DNA of 64,000 nt, from assembly GCA_963716985.1 (NCBI GenBank), contig OY970323.1:1120001-1184000 (forward strand), read 5' to 3'. This document shows positions 9,737-21,823 of this stretch, in pieces (within the stretch, counting starts at the first letter, position 1; each line of letters starts with the position of its first letter). Source of the DNA: an uncultured bacterium (GTDB lineage: Bacteria > Chlamydiota > Chlamydiia > Chlamydiales > SM23-39). Below the pieces are notes generated by a model. It saw nothing but the letters and a program-made list of their open reading frames with translations. It made no database searches and had not been told where the DNA came from. A program made the position numbers and the translations under genes.

Positions 9737-9771
9737 AAAACGACATCCCAAGAAATAGGGGATGTCGTTTT
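9737..9771 (-). terminator. Rho-independent terminator after groEL
   Basis: AAAACGACATCCC-N9-GGGATGTCGTTTT hairpin followed by a T run on the minus strand. Confidence 0.8.
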
Positions 9772-9786
9772 GAAGAAATAGGCAGA

Positions 9787-11765
<1,979 letters not shown>

Positions 11766-11832
11766 AGTGGTTACCTCCATCGTTCAAGTAATGGTTAAAA
11801 TTATGCCGAAAGGTTTCTTTTTTTACAACAAA

Positions 11833-11859
11833 TTAGCAAATTTAAACAGAAACTGCTAG
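11833..11859 (-). promoter_or_regulatory. CIRCE (HrcA operator)
   Basis: Minus strand TAGCA-GTTTCTGTTTAAATT(15)-TGCTAA upstream of groES. Confidence 0.88.
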
Positions 11860-11895
11860 AATGCCGAGCAAAAGAATTTTTTTCAAGAAAAAAAA

Positions 11896-11922
11896 TCAGC
11901 AGAAATGCTCTTCGTTTGCTAG
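11896..11922 (-). promoter_or_regulatory. Second CIRCE-like operator
   Basis: Minus strand TAGCA-N15-TGCTGA (1 mismatch), 63 bp upstream of the first. Confidence 0.6.
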
Positions 11923-12019
11923 TTTTCCTGCAAAAATAATTCTTGACCTTTTTCTCATCAATGGGTACTTGTAGTGCACAAGATTTGAAGCGCAATTCTT
12001 CTCTTTCAAAAAAAAGGAT

Positions 12020-13065
12020 ACGCGATGTGCGAGTTTTTCAAAGCAAAAAATCACACGTAAAAAAATAATTGAAAAATGACAAGTCCTTACTGCACACTGT
12101 TTTGCGACAAAACAACAACAGGAGTTCAGGACATGTCGATTGATGATTTTATCATAACCACCTTTTGTTTGATAGATGATGAGATGAAGAAGGTTCTTGC
12201 AGACGAGAAATTTCGTCAAAGAGGTCCCTCGCCTAGATTGAAAGACAGCGAGGTTATTACGATGGAGGTCGTTGGAGAATTTTTTGGAATGGACCGTGAC
12301 AAAACCATTTGGGAATATTTCAAAAGGCACTGGTTGCATTTCTTTCCAAATATTCCTGCACGTTCGAATTTTGTCAGGCAAGCGGCCAACCTTCATGTAG
12401 TAAAGCGATTGTTACAAGAGAGTTTAGCAACTGACCTACATGCTCTTTCTGATTCATTGCACATAATAGACGGGCTTCCTATTCCAGTTTGCAAATTTGC
12501 CAGAGCTCACTTTAGCAAAAATTTCAAGGGCGACGCTGCATATGGATATTGTGCTACAAAAAAAGAGCACTTTTATGGTTTTCGAGGCCATGTTGTCATC
12601 AGTTCAATAGGGGTGGTGACAGCAGCTACATTCGCCAAGGCAAACATTGATGAGCGCGATGTGTGTCCTGAGATTGTGGAAAAAATCGGAGGGCTTTTGT
12701 TGGGAGACAAAGGTTTTATACGACCTGGATTGAAAGAGTTGCTCAAAAAACAAGGGTTGTACTTGCAAACTTCGCTGAGAGAAAATATGAAAGATGAAAG
12801 ACCGAAGAAATTTTTGAAATGGCTGGTAGGGACTCGGCGACTGGTTGAAACAGTTATAGGGCAGCTCAATGATAGATTTCGGATTGAAAAAGTATGGGCG
12901 CGAGATTTATGGCATCAATTTTCAAGATTTTGGAGAAAATTACTGGCGCATACTGTCGGCATTAAACTTAATGTAAACGCAGGGAACGAGCCTTTACAGT
13001 TTGACCAGTTGCTTTGTTCTTAAAAGCATAGGCGATTTTTCGCTTTATAAACTCGCACATCGCGT
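12020..13065 (+). mobile_element. IS982-family insertion sequence (1046 bp)
   Basis: IRs ACGCGATGTGCGAGTTT / AAACTCGCACATCGCGT; AAGGAT direct repeats at 12014-12019 and 13066-13071. Confidence 0.92.
12133..13023 (+). CDS. IS982-family transposase
   Basis: LKDSEVITM, IIDGLPIPVC, YGYCATK..FYGFRGH, LLGDKGF, RRLVETVIGQL; AGGAG RBS before ATG 12133. Confidence 0.92.
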   Translation: MSIDDFIITTFCLIDDEMKKVLADEKFRQRGPSPRLKDSEVITMEVVGEFFGMDRDKTIWEYFKRHWLHFFPNIPARSNFVRQAANLHVVKRLLQESLATDLHALSDSLHIIDGLPIPVCKFARAHFSKNFKGDAAYGYCATKKEHFYGFRGHVVISSIGVVTAATFAKANIDERDVCPEIVEKIGGLLLGDKGFIRPGLKELLKKQGLYLQTSLRENMKDERPKKFLKWLVGTRRLVETVIGQLNDRFRIEKVWARDLWHQFSRFWRKLLAHTVGIKLNVNAGNEPLQFDQLLCS

Positions 13066-13077
13066 AAGGATGGAATT

Positions 13078-13395
13078 TTGAAAAGCCGGGGAAATCAATT
13101 TTTTTTATCCAAAACCGGAGACGGGAAGGTTTTGGGAATGTTCGTTGTGCAAAATGAGAAAGGGCTTCATACGAGACCTTCGACAGAACTGGTGAAATGC
13201 GCCGCCTCGTTTGATGCAAAAATTACTCTCTATTATCGCCATCATGTAGTCAATGGGAAGTCCCTTTTGGGAATTTTAATGCTTGCGGCCGAAAGGGGAT
13301 CAAAAATTAAAGTTGAGGCGATTGGCGAGGATGCCGAGAGAGCTGTGCGGTCCCTCTTGCAGCTGGCGCAAAATAAATTCAATATCAAGTATTGA
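13078..13395 (+). CDS. ptsH: Phosphocarrier protein HPr
   Basis: GLHTRPS (His15 motif), GKSLLGILML (Ser46 motif). Confidence 0.93.
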   Translation: MKSRGNQFFLSKTGDGKVLGMFVVQNEKGLHTRPSTELVKCAASFDAKITLYYRHHVVNGKSLLGILMLAAERGSKIKVEAIGEDAERAVRSLLQLAQNKFNIKY

Positions 13396-13530
13396 AGGCT
13401 CCCTTTTAAAGATTGAATGTTTGCAGGACAATTTCATCAAAAATATTTTTAACTTCTTCGTAAGCTTCTGAATTGAGATTGTCAAATTTCAAGAAAAGAT
13501 TTATTGTTGCCGGAGAATCGCAGGTGGCGG

Positions 13531-14211
13531 ATGAATATCGAGAACATTAAGAGAGCCGTAGGTTGCAAAGCGGCTGAGCTTATAGAAGAAAACATGGTGG
13601 TGGGCATTGGATCCGGCACCACGGTCCATTATTTTATTGAGCATCTGGGCCAAAGATGCGACAGGGGGCTTTCCATCCGCGCGATTGCAAGCTCCCATGA
13701 GTCCGCAAGAAAGGCGATCGAGAAAGGAATTCCCCTGATTTCTCTCGAAGAGGTCGCAGCGATTGACATCACGGTCGATGGAGCCGATCAGATTGATCCT
13801 GAAAAAAGGATGATCAAAGGAAGGGGCGGCGCTTTTTTTCGCGAAAAAATGCTGGCCATGGTTGCGAAAGAAATGGTGGTCATTGTGGACGATGCCAAAT
13901 TGGTGCATCAGCTCGGGCATACCCTTCTTCCTGTGGAAATCGTTCCTTTCGGCTCTCATATCACGCAAAAAGTTTTAGAAACGATTGGTTACGAAGGGGT
14001 TTTTCGCAAACAGCAAGACGGCTCCTTTTTTCTGACCGATAATGGAAACTACATCTTCGACGTAAAGCTGCATTTTCTTTGCGACTATCCGGAAGAAGAT
14101 CACCATGAAATCATGCAGGTTTCCGGGGTGGTGGACACGGGGTTTTTCTTTGGCCTTGCAGGAAGGGTCATTGTAGGATATGACGATGAGAGAGTGGAAA
14201 TTTTAAGTTGA
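13531..14211 (+). CDS. rpiA: Ribose-5-phosphate isomerase A
   Basis: GIGSGTT, DGADQID, IKGRGGA, TDNGNYIFD, GVVDTGFF. Confidence 0.95.
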   Translation: MNIENIKRAVGCKAAELIEENMVVGIGSGTTVHYFIEHLGQRCDRGLSIRAIASSHESARKAIEKGIPLISLEEVAAIDITVDGADQIDPEKRMIKGRGGAFFREKMLAMVAKEMVVIVDDAKLVHQLGHTLLPVEIVPFGSHITQKVLETIGYEGVFRKQQDGSFFLTDNGNYIFDVKLHFLCDYPEEDHHEIMQVSGVVDTGFFFGLAGRVIVGYDDERVEILS

Positions 14212-14219
14212 GAGTCTGT

Positions 14220-14474
14220 ATGGGTACAATCGAAGAGCGCAAATTATTTGCCGTTGAAGAAACAAGGTCGCTTGTGGCCAATGAGAGCGAAAGGACAAAA
14301 AAGGCACGAGAGAAAATAGAAAGGCAAAAGGAAGCGATCGCCGGGAGGATCTCTCCGGAATCCTTGCAAAAAAAGTCTTGCGAAATCCTGAGCCGGATTG
14401 TGAAAAATGCGCATGTTCGGGAAGCTCTAAGCGCCCTGCCCCTGATCTTTGCAAGAAAAAGTGAAATAGAGTAG
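14220..14474 (+). CDS. Small hypothetical protein
   Basis: Open frame filling the gap between rpiA and tyrS. Confidence 0.5.
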   Translation: MGTIEERKLFAVEETRSLVANESERTKKAREKIERQKEAIAGRISPESLQKKSCEILSRIVKNAHVREALSALPLIFARKSEIE

Positions 14475-14509
14475 CATTTTTTCCCAACCTGAAATTTAGG
14501 AATTCTTTT

Positions 14510-15781
14510 ATGAACGTCTATGATTGTCTCGAAAAGAGGGGGTTTATCGCGGAGGCCAAAAGCCCCGATCTTCGCAAAGCACTTGCGAGCCCCCTTTCTT
14601 TTTACCTAGGCTTTGATCCGACGGCCGATAGTTTGCATCTGGGCCATCTGGTCGGAATCATGGCCATGGCCTGGATGAAGAAATGGGGACATAAAACCCA
14701 CGCTCTGGTCGGGGGCGCTACGGGAAGAATCGGAGATCCTTCAGGAAAAAGCGTGGAGAGGCCTTTTTTGGAAGAGAAGATTATCGAGTCCAATGTGCAG
14801 TCGATTCATGCGTTCTTGGAAAAGATTTTGCGATCTTCAGACGGAAAAGACGAGGTGGTTTTCCTGAACAATAACGATTGGCTTTCTCGGTTTGGCTTCA
14901 TCGATTTTTTGCGCGATGTCGGAAAGCATTTCCGCATCAGCTCGATGCTTGCGAAAGAAAGCGTTCGTTTGCGCTTGGAATCGGAGGAGGGGATGAGCTT
15001 TACCGAATTTAGCTACCAGATCCTACAAGCATACGATTTCTACTATCTTTCCAAACATTATGGCATCACGCTGCAGCTCGGAGGAACGGATCAGTGGGGA
15101 AATATCACTGCCGGCATTGAGCTGGGAAGAAGGCTTTCCTCTCTTCCTCTCTATGGACTTACCTTTCCTCTTCTTACCCGAAGCGACGGCAAGAAGTTCG
15201 GCAAGTCGGAAGGGGGCGCTGTTTGGCTTTCCGCTCACAAGCTTTCTCCCTATCAATTTTACCAATATCTGATGGGCATTCCCGATGCAGATGTTCCGCG
15301 CATGATGGCCTTGTTAACTTTTATGGAAATGGGAGAAATTCAGGAAATGCAGCATCAGATGTCTCTTCCCGGATATGTTCCCAATAGGGCCCAAAAGAAG
15401 CTGGCCGAAGAAGTGACGCGATTCATCCACGGGGAAGAAGGGTTGAAAATTGCCCAAAAGGTCACCGAGACTGCGGCTCCAGGGTCTTCCGGTTCGTTGG
15501 ATGCGCAGAGTTTAGAAATGATTGCGCAAGATATGCCCCATGTTTCCATCCCGGCGAATGAAATCTTAGGACAGCGCTTTGTGGATGTTGCGGCCCGTCA
15601 CCAATGGGCGGGCAGCAAATCGGAAGCGGTGCGCCTGATTAAAAATGGGGGGGCCTATTTGAACAATATTCGCATCGACGATCCCTTTTTTCAATTTGAC
15701 TCAAGCCAGCTCATCGACAAAACATTCTTTGTCGTTTCGATTGGAAAAAAGAAAAAAATACTGGTCCGTCTCCTCTTTTGA
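14510..15781 (+). CDS. tyrS: Tyrosine--tRNA ligase
   Basis: GFDPTADSLHLGH, QLGGTDQWGNI, KFGKS, S4-like C-terminus. Confidence 0.97.
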   Translation: MNVYDCLEKRGFIAEAKSPDLRKALASPLSFYLGFDPTADSLHLGHLVGIMAMAWMKKWGHKTHALVGGATGRIGDPSGKSVERPFLEEKIIESNVQSIHAFLEKILRSSDGKDEVVFLNNNDWLSRFGFIDFLRDVGKHFRISSMLAKESVRLRLESEEGMSFTEFSYQILQAYDFYYLSKHYGITLQLGGTDQWGNITAGIELGRRLSSLPLYGLTFPLLTRSDGKKFGKSEGGAVWLSAHKLSPYQFYQYLMGIPDADVPRMMALLTFMEMGEIQEMQHQMSLPGYVPNRAQKKLAEEVTRFIHGEEGLKIAQKVTETAAPGSSGSLDAQSLEMIAQDMPHVSIPANEILGQRFVDVAARHQWAGSKSEAVRLIKNGGAYLNNIRIDDPFFQFDSSQLIDKTFFVVSIGKKKKILVRLLF

Positions 15782-15903
15782 TTTTTTCACCGGAGGCGGG
15801 TGTTGTTTTTGCTCATTTTTTCTGCCTCATTTTTTTTGTTGCAAAAAGTACTTGTGTGAAAATCCATGTGATAAGACAATGACAATCAGCATGAAGCATC
15901 AAT

Positions 15904-16227
15904 ATGGAGGGAGACCCTATGGTCACCGTGACGAAGAAGGATCTGGTTCAAAAAATTGCGCAAAATCGGGGCATGCATCCCAATGATGTGCGCAATATCA
16001 TTCAAGCTTTTCTCGATTCCATGACCGATACGCTCACTAGTGGCGATCGTTTGGAATTTCGCGACTTTGGCGTTTTTGAGATTGTTGAACGCAAGCAAAA
16101 GATTGGACGCAACCCCAAAAATGCTTCGGTTCCCATTGTGATTCCTGCCAGAAAGGCCGTGAAATTCACTCCGGGCAAGAAGATGAAGGAACTCATCGAA
16201 AAAAAACCGATGGCCCCTTCTGTTTGA
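15904..16227 (+). CDS. ihfA: Integration host factor / HU-family DNA-binding protein
   Basis: TKKDLV, LEFRDFGVFE, GRNPK, VKFTPGK. Confidence 0.9.
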   Translation: MEGDPMVTVTKKDLVQKIAQNRGMHPNDVRNIIQAFLDSMTDTLTSGDRLEFRDFGVFEIVERKQKIGRNPKNASVPIVIPARKAVKFTPGKKMKELIEKKPMAPSV

Positions 16228-16240
16228 AAAGAGCAGCTCA

Positions 16241-17704
16241 ATGAAGTCTGCTCTTCTTGCCCAAAGTCAGAATTCACTCTCTCAGGAAGATGTGCTTTTT
16301 CAAAAAGCCGCACTTGGGTTTGTGCAAGGAAATTTGGTGGACCAAGAGGTGAGAACTCTTCTTCTCGAACGACTTCTTGGCCACGACATTTCTTCGATCC
16401 AAGACTATCTATTGTTCCTGAAAAAATCTCTCTCTCTTCTTTTTCTTTCGCGAAATGAGGATTCTTTTTTCGCCCAAGATTCTTGGGCTGAGATCATGCA
16501 AAAAATTTGCAAAAATGGTTTTTTTCAAAACTTCCCCTTGATTCAGGCTTTGCAAGATCTCATCTTCTTTTTTTTGAAACGATCGGAGGCTCTCACTCCC
16601 CCCAAGCTCTCGCCCCGAGGATGTCCTCTGATCGAGCCACTTTCCAACGAAAAAGAGAGGCCTCTTCCCGATCTTGAGAGAGGTTCTTTGCTGAGCATTC
16701 TCTGGTTTCTGCTGGGCAAAATGAGCGGAAAAGAAGAATGGGTTCAAGCTGCTTTTCGGATTGCAACTTGGTATCTGAAGATTTTGGATCAAAACTTTCT
16801 TCCTTTTGCCGCCCTTTGGAAAGAAGAGAGGAATTTTAGGGAAAAAGAGCTGCTCGTCACTCTTTTTTTGATGTTTGATGCGTTTGCGCCTGAGAATCAA
16901 CAAGAGCAGATGAATGTGGCCAAAGAGCGCATTTTGGAAAAGATCAACGCATCTCATGAAGAGGTTCCTCTTCCGTTTTTTTTCCTCTTATTAGGTCATG
17001 AAATCGATCGATGGAAAACGCCCTCTTTTGCCTCTTCAGAAAAAGAAAAAAAAGAAAAAATCTCTCTGGATCCCGATCTGCTTTTGGCCCTCTATTCCGG
17101 AAACCATCTGGAATCGGCCGTGACTTTTTTGGGCAACCGCTCCACTCTTGGAGTGATCCACGTCGGAGATGTGCACATTCGTTCTTTTGGGCCTCAATGG
17201 TTTCCGATCGGAGATCTCTCCCGTTTCGGCATTATGCGATTTCCTTTTTCGAAAGGGCTGCTCGGCGATCTGGAATGGAAGAAAAAAGAGAGAGGCTATT
17301 CGCTTCGGGGATGCGTAGCTCTAGCCGGAGGGGGTGGAGAGGATTTTTCTTGTTGGATGGATGTGAAAAACTTAGTCGAAATGGAGAAGTTTTCTCTAGA
17401 GCTGCAGTTTCATGGGGATTTCAAGGAAAGACTTGGCGTGGTGTTTTTTGTGAGTGCGAAAAGCGCTCTTGTGGAAGGGCAGATGGATCTTAAGAGCGAA
17501 ACGTTTCAACGATACGAGGGCTCGGTTCGAAAGGTCTCTTTTAAAGGAAAAGCGGCCTCTTTGGAAGTGCGCGCTCACAATCTTTCTTGCATGCATCTGA
17601 TTCCGCTGGGGCAAAGTAGAGCTTTTTGGGGATCCAATTTTTTACTTGCCTATGAGGTTTCCCCTGAAAATCCCGGGGCGTCGTTTCTCATAGAAAGAGG
17701 ATGA
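16241..17704 (+). CDS. Hypothetical protein (487 aa)
   Basis: Long ORF directly after ihfA; no motif recognised. Confidence 0.7.
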   Translation: MKSALLAQSQNSLSQEDVLFQKAALGFVQGNLVDQEVRTLLLERLLGHDISSIQDYLLFLKKSLSLLFLSRNEDSFFAQDSWAEIMQKICKNGFFQNFPLIQALQDLIFFFLKRSEALTPPKLSPRGCPLIEPLSNEKERPLPDLERGSLLSILWFLLGKMSGKEEWVQAAFRIATWYLKILDQNFLPFAALWKEERNFREKELLVTLFLMFDAFAPENQQEQMNVAKERILEKINASHEEVPLPFFFLLLGHEIDRWKTPSFASSEKEKKEKISLDPDLLLALYSGNHLESAVTFLGNRSTLGVIHVGDVHIRSFGPQWFPIGDLSRFGIMRFPFSKGLLGDLEWKKKERGYSLRGCVALAGGGGEDFSCWMDVKNLVEMEKFSLELQFHGDFKERLGVVFFVSAKSALVEGQMDLKSETFQRYEGSVRKVSFKGKAASLEVRAHNLSCMHLIPLGQSRAFWGSNFLLAYEVSPENPGASFLIERG

Positions 17705-17820
17705 GCCCTTTAAAATAAATCATATTTATTTAGAAAATTCTATTGGAATTCAATTCTTGCAAAAATCACTCCATTGACCAATAATTGCAGAAGAGAAAAA
17801 TAAGTTTTTAGGAGAGTATT

Positions 17821-18906
17821 TTGTCCGTGCGAAAAATTGTATTGATAGGCTCTTTAGCCCTTTTTAGTGTGCTTGCACTTGTCGGCCTGTTGAAAAGGCC
17901 CAAGAATGAGAAGCTGGCCCAGATCAAGGCAAGCCAGGTTCAGCAAGCAGTTGTGCAGAAGGAATTGGGGAACAAAAACACCTGTGAAAATTCTCATGAG
18001 GCCGCCTCTTTTCAAATGCAAAAGCATCTCTCTCAGCCCTTAGCGCAACTGCAGCCGGCAGCGGCGCCGGCGGTTTTGGCCAAAAGTCAGGAAGATTGTG
18101 GCAAAGCAGACAGGAAAAAAGAAGAGCTTCCGGATGCCAACCGCATCGAAGAGCTTTTCCTGATCGGCTCCAAGAATCCCGTTGTTGAGACGGTCTCCTA
18201 TTCCTCGCGAGTCCCTTGGATTAAAGGACGATCTGCCTGGCTTGCCGATTATGCTTCCTATTACCAAACAACTAGGCATTTCATTGCGCGAAGCCTGAAT
18301 CATAAGCCCGATTACTTTTCTCAAAAGATTGAGCCCGGCGATCGTTTCAACGTTTTCAAAAAAGATCGCGACATCTCCTTTCATCTTTTGATCGATCTTT
18401 CGCGAGCAAGGCTATGGTTTTACCTATTCGATAAAGACAGGAAAGAGAGACTTCTTTTAAAGACCTATGCTGTTGGGCTGGGCCGAAAAGATGCGCAAAA
18501 AATTTCGGGATCTTTGACCCCGGTGGGAAAATATTTTTTAGGCAGCAAGGTTGCGATTTATAAGCCGGAAGTTATGGGCTATTTCCAAGATCGCAAAATA
18601 GAGATGATTCGCGTTTTTGGTACGCGTTGGATTCCTTTTGAAAAAGAGATGGAAAATTGCTCTGAAACGGCCAAGGGATTTGGAATTCATGGCGCTCCAT
18701 GGGTGGAAGATGCCAAGACGCATCGTTTGATCGAAGATCGGGGGCAAATTGGAAAATATAACAGCGATGGCTGCATCCGCCTTGCCCAAGAAGATATCGA
18801 AGAGGTTTTTTCCATCGTGATCTCAAAACCGGCAATCGTGGAAATTGTCAAAGATTTCTACGATGCCGAGCTTCCGGGAAAAGAAGTGGACGGGCTTTCC
18901 CCTTAA
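17821..18906 (+). CDS. L,D-transpeptidase (YkuD) family protein with N-terminal membrane anchor
   Basis: LKTYAVGLG, TPVGKY, FGTRWI, GIHG..SDGCIRL catalytic motif. Confidence 0.85.
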   Translation: MSVRKIVLIGSLALFSVLALVGLLKRPKNEKLAQIKASQVQQAVVQKELGNKNTCENSHEAASFQMQKHLSQPLAQLQPAAAPAVLAKSQEDCGKADRKKEELPDANRIEELFLIGSKNPVVETVSYSSRVPWIKGRSAWLADYASYYQTTRHFIARSLNHKPDYFSQKIEPGDRFNVFKKDRDISFHLLIDLSRARLWFYLFDKDRKERLLLKTYAVGLGRKDAQKISGSLTPVGKYFLGSKVAIYKPEVMGYFQDRKIEMIRVFGTRWIPFEKEMENCSETAKGFGIHGAPWVEDAKTHRLIEDRGQIGKYNSDGCIRLAQEDIEEVFSIVISKPAIVEIVKDFYDAELPGKEVDGLSP

Positions 18907-18933
18907 AGTGGACCTTTTGAGGAACGTGAATTT

Positions 18934-19899
18934 ATGACGATTCTTTCCCATGAAAAACAGATCTACGAGTCTGAGGAGACGATTCGTCAGCTCAAAGAGC
19001 AGAATAAAAGCAATTCTCTCTGGTCAAATGAAGAAATTTTGCGCCTGGAAAAAAAACTTTTGGATCTTAAGAAAAAGGTCTATTCTCGCCTGAAGCCCTG
19101 GGAAAGAGTGACGATTAGCCGCCATCCGCAAAGGCCTCATACCTGTGATTATCTAGAACATTGCTTTGATGAATTTGTTGAGATTTTCGGAGACCGCTGC
19201 TTTGGGGACGATCATGCCATGATCACGGCTTTGGCAACTATCGAAGGAAAAAAATTCGTTTGCATCGGCCTGGAAAAGGGAAAGGATACCGAGACTCGTA
19301 TCTATCGAAATTTTGGCATGGCGCATCCCGAGGGATATCGTAAAGCTTTGCGGGCCATGCAGCTTGCGGCGAAGTTTCACTTGCCCGTGGTGACTTTTTT
19401 GGATACTCCGGGGGCCTATCCGGGACTTTCTGCCGAGGAGAGGGGGCAGGGGTGGGCGATTGCGAAAAATTTATGGGAAATGGCGCGTCTGCCGACCCCG
19501 ATCATCGTTCTTCTTATTGGAGAGGGATGTTCCGGAGGAGCTCTTGGCATTGGAATCGGCGATGTGGTTGGTATGTTGGAGCATGCCTACTATTCGGTCA
19601 TTTCTCCCGAGGGATGCGCGTCCATTCTATGGAAGGATCCTGCAAAAAATGGCGAAGCCGCTTCGACGCTGAAGATGCAGGCGGAAGATCTTTTGGAAAT
19701 GAAGATTATCGATGCGATCATCAAAGAGCCCCTCGGAGGAGCGCACCATGATCCCGCAGTTATCTACGACGGGGTCAAGCGATTTGTTTTGAATCAGTGG
19801 GAGTTTTTGAAAAAGGTTCCCATTTCCGATCTTTTGGATCGGCGTTATCAAAAGTTTCGAAAGATGGGACGCTATGTTCTGTTAGAGAAAAATTCATGA
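18934..19899 (+). CDS. accA: Acetyl-CoA carboxylase carboxyltransferase alpha subunit
   Basis: [48 protein letters not shown]. Confidence 0.97.
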   Translation: MTILSHEKQIYESEETIRQLKEQNKSNSLWSNEEILRLEKKLLDLKKKVYSRLKPWERVTISRHPQRPHTCDYLEHCFDEFVEIFGDRCFGDDHAMITALATIEGKKFVCIGLEKGKDTETRIYRNFGMAHPEGYRKALRAMQLAAKFHLPVVTFLDTPGAYPGLSAEERGQGWAIAKNLWEMARLPTPIIVLLIGEGCSGGALGIGIGDVVGMLEHAYYSVISPEGCASILWKDPAKNGEAASTLKMQAEDLLEMKIIDAIIKEPLGGAHHDPAVIYDGVKRFVLNQWEFLKKVPISDLLDRRYQKFRKMGRYVLLEKNS

Positions 19900-21812
19900 G
19901 ATTGCTTCTATTAGCTGCTGTTCGGAGCAGCAAACACCTTTTCCTTGCCTGTGCGACTCTGGTCACGCTCTTCTGTCTCTCTGTGGCCAATACGGCCGAA
20001 ATGTTTGCGCTTGGCGTAATGGCCAATTCCGGAAGTGATTTCTTCGCCCTTTTCTCCAATAAAGAAGAGAAGCAGCAGGATCGGGTCTTTCTAAAAGAGG
20101 TGCAAGAAGATTGGGTGAAAATTGATCGGGGAAGCAAGGGATACATCACCAAGAAAGATGCAAATCTCTACAATGCAAACAATAAAAAGGGAGCTCCGCT
20201 CAATCGCCTTTTGAGTCAAATTTCTTCTCAATTTGACATTGAAAAGAATTTTCCAAAACTTATCTGTTTTCTCGTCGCTCTCGCTCTTTTTAAAGCCGTT
20301 TTCCTCTTTGCTTCCCGCTATGCAACGCAGCTTCTTTCTATTCGCGTGACGCGCGATCTTCGCCTGCAGTATTTTGCCCATATCCAGTCGCTTCCTTTGA
20401 GCTTTTATCACGAGCATAATTTGGGAAGCCTCTCCTCAAGGGCCGTGGGAGATGCAGGACAGATCGCAGCCTCGTTAAACTCTAGTCTGACCAATTATTT
20501 GCAAACGCCCTTCATCATCTTAAGCAATTTTATTGCCTGTTTTTGTCTTTCCTGGAAATTGTCGCTGGTGATTTTTTTCGGGCTCCCTCTCATTGTCTTG
20601 CCCATCGTTTTTTTAACCAAAAGGGTGAAAAAGGTTTCCCGTCAAATGCAAAAAAATCAGGAGAGCTTTACTTCCGTTCTCTTAGATTTTATTTCGGGAA
20701 TTCATACGGTTAAAATCTTTGCGATGGAAGATCTCTCCTTGGAAAAGTTCAAGAAGCAAAATGATCGCATGGCGCATCTTGAGAGCAAGAGCGCAAAGTA
20801 TAGTCTTCTCACGCGTCCGGTTTTGCATCTGATTTCAACGGCTTGCCTCTCTTTTGTTGTGATCATTGGCCTTTTTTATCTGCACATGGGCGTGGCGCAG
20901 CTCATCATGTTTTGCGGACTTTTACATCTTTTCTACGAACCTGTGAAGAAGTTTGCTGAAGAAAATGCCAATATTCAACGGGGGATTGTCGCTGCCGAGC
21001 GTATGTATGAGGTGCTCAATTTAACGCCGCAAATTCAGGATCGAGATGGCGCCTTTACCATGACCTCTTTTAAAGATGCTCTCGAATTTGACCATGTCAG
21101 TTTTCGCTATAAAGAGGAGTGGGTCTTAAAGGATTTGAGCTTTACCCTCAAGAAGGGCCAGACGCTGGCGATTGTAGGCCCGACGGGTGCCGGAAAATCC
21201 ACCATCGTGCATCTGATCCCTCGTCTCTATGATGTACAAAAGGGACAAATACGCATCGACGGCATTTCCATTACGGAGTATTCCCAAAAATCCTTGCGTC
21301 AGCAGCTCTCCTTTGTTCCTCAGCGGCCCTTCCTTTTTTACGATAGTATTTTAGAGAACATCACGTTCGGCAGGCCTTTTACCAGAGAAGAGGTGATTGC
21401 AGCCGCCGTAAGAGCTCAGGCGCATGAGTTCATCTGCAAACTTCCCTCGACCTACGATTGCGTGATTGCCGAAGAGGGAAAAACGCTTTCCGGAGGCCAG
21501 CAGCAACGACTTGCCATTGCAAGAGCTCTTGTGAAAAAGGCTCCCATTCTCATCATGGATGAGGCCACATCTGCGCTGGACGCTGTCAGCGAGAGCCGCA
21601 TTCGGACGGCTTTGAAAGAGCTGCGGGGCGAGATGACGCAGATTCTCATCGCTCACCGCCTTTCAACGATTGAAGATGCGGACAAGATTCTCTACTTGGA
21701 AAGGGGCCGGAAAATTGCGGAAGGCACGAAAGACGAGCTTTTGGCGACTTGTAAGGGATTTCGCGTGATGTGGGAGCATTTTCATCGATCGGACAAGAGC
21801 GCGGAAAAATAG
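19896..21812 (+). CDS. msbA: MsbA-type ABC exporter
   Basis: TM domain plus [28 protein letters not shown] overlap with accA as in Chlamydia. Confidence 0.85.
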   Translation: MRLLLLAAVRSSKHLFLACATLVTLFCLSVANTAEMFALGVMANSGSDFFALFSNKEEKQQDRVFLKEVQEDWVKIDRGSKGYITKKDANLYNANNKKGAPLNRLLSQISSQFDIEKNFPKLICFLVALALFKAVFLFASRYATQLLSIRVTRDLRLQYFAHIQSLPLSFYHEHNLGSLSSRAVGDAGQIAASLNSSLTNYLQTPFIILSNFIACFCLSWKLSLVIFFGLPLIVLPIVFLTKRVKKVSRQMQKNQESFTSVLLDFISGIHTVKIFAMEDLSLEKFKKQNDRMAHLESKSAKYSLLTRPVLHLISTACLSFVVIIGLFYLHMGVAQLIMFCGLLHLFYEPVKKFAEENANIQRGIVAAERMYEVLNLTPQIQDRDGAFTMTSFKDALEFDHVSFRYKEEWVLKDLSFTLKKGQTLAIVGPTGAGKSTIVHLIPRLYDVQKGQIRIDGISITEYSQKSLRQQLSFVPQRPFLFYDSILENITFGRPFTREEVIAAAVRAQAHEFICKLPSTYDCVIAEEGKTLSGGQQQRLAIARALVKKAPILIMDEATSALDAVSESRIRTALKELRGEMTQILIAHRLSTIEDADKILYLERGRKIAEGTKDELLATCKGFRVMWEHFHRSDKSAEK

Positions 21813-21823
21813 AGCAAACACCC

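Noticed and set aside
11896..12396. 166-aa minus-strand ORF and similar antisense ORFs across the window
   Set aside because: Shadows of well-supported genes or IS elements on the opposite strand, with no motifs
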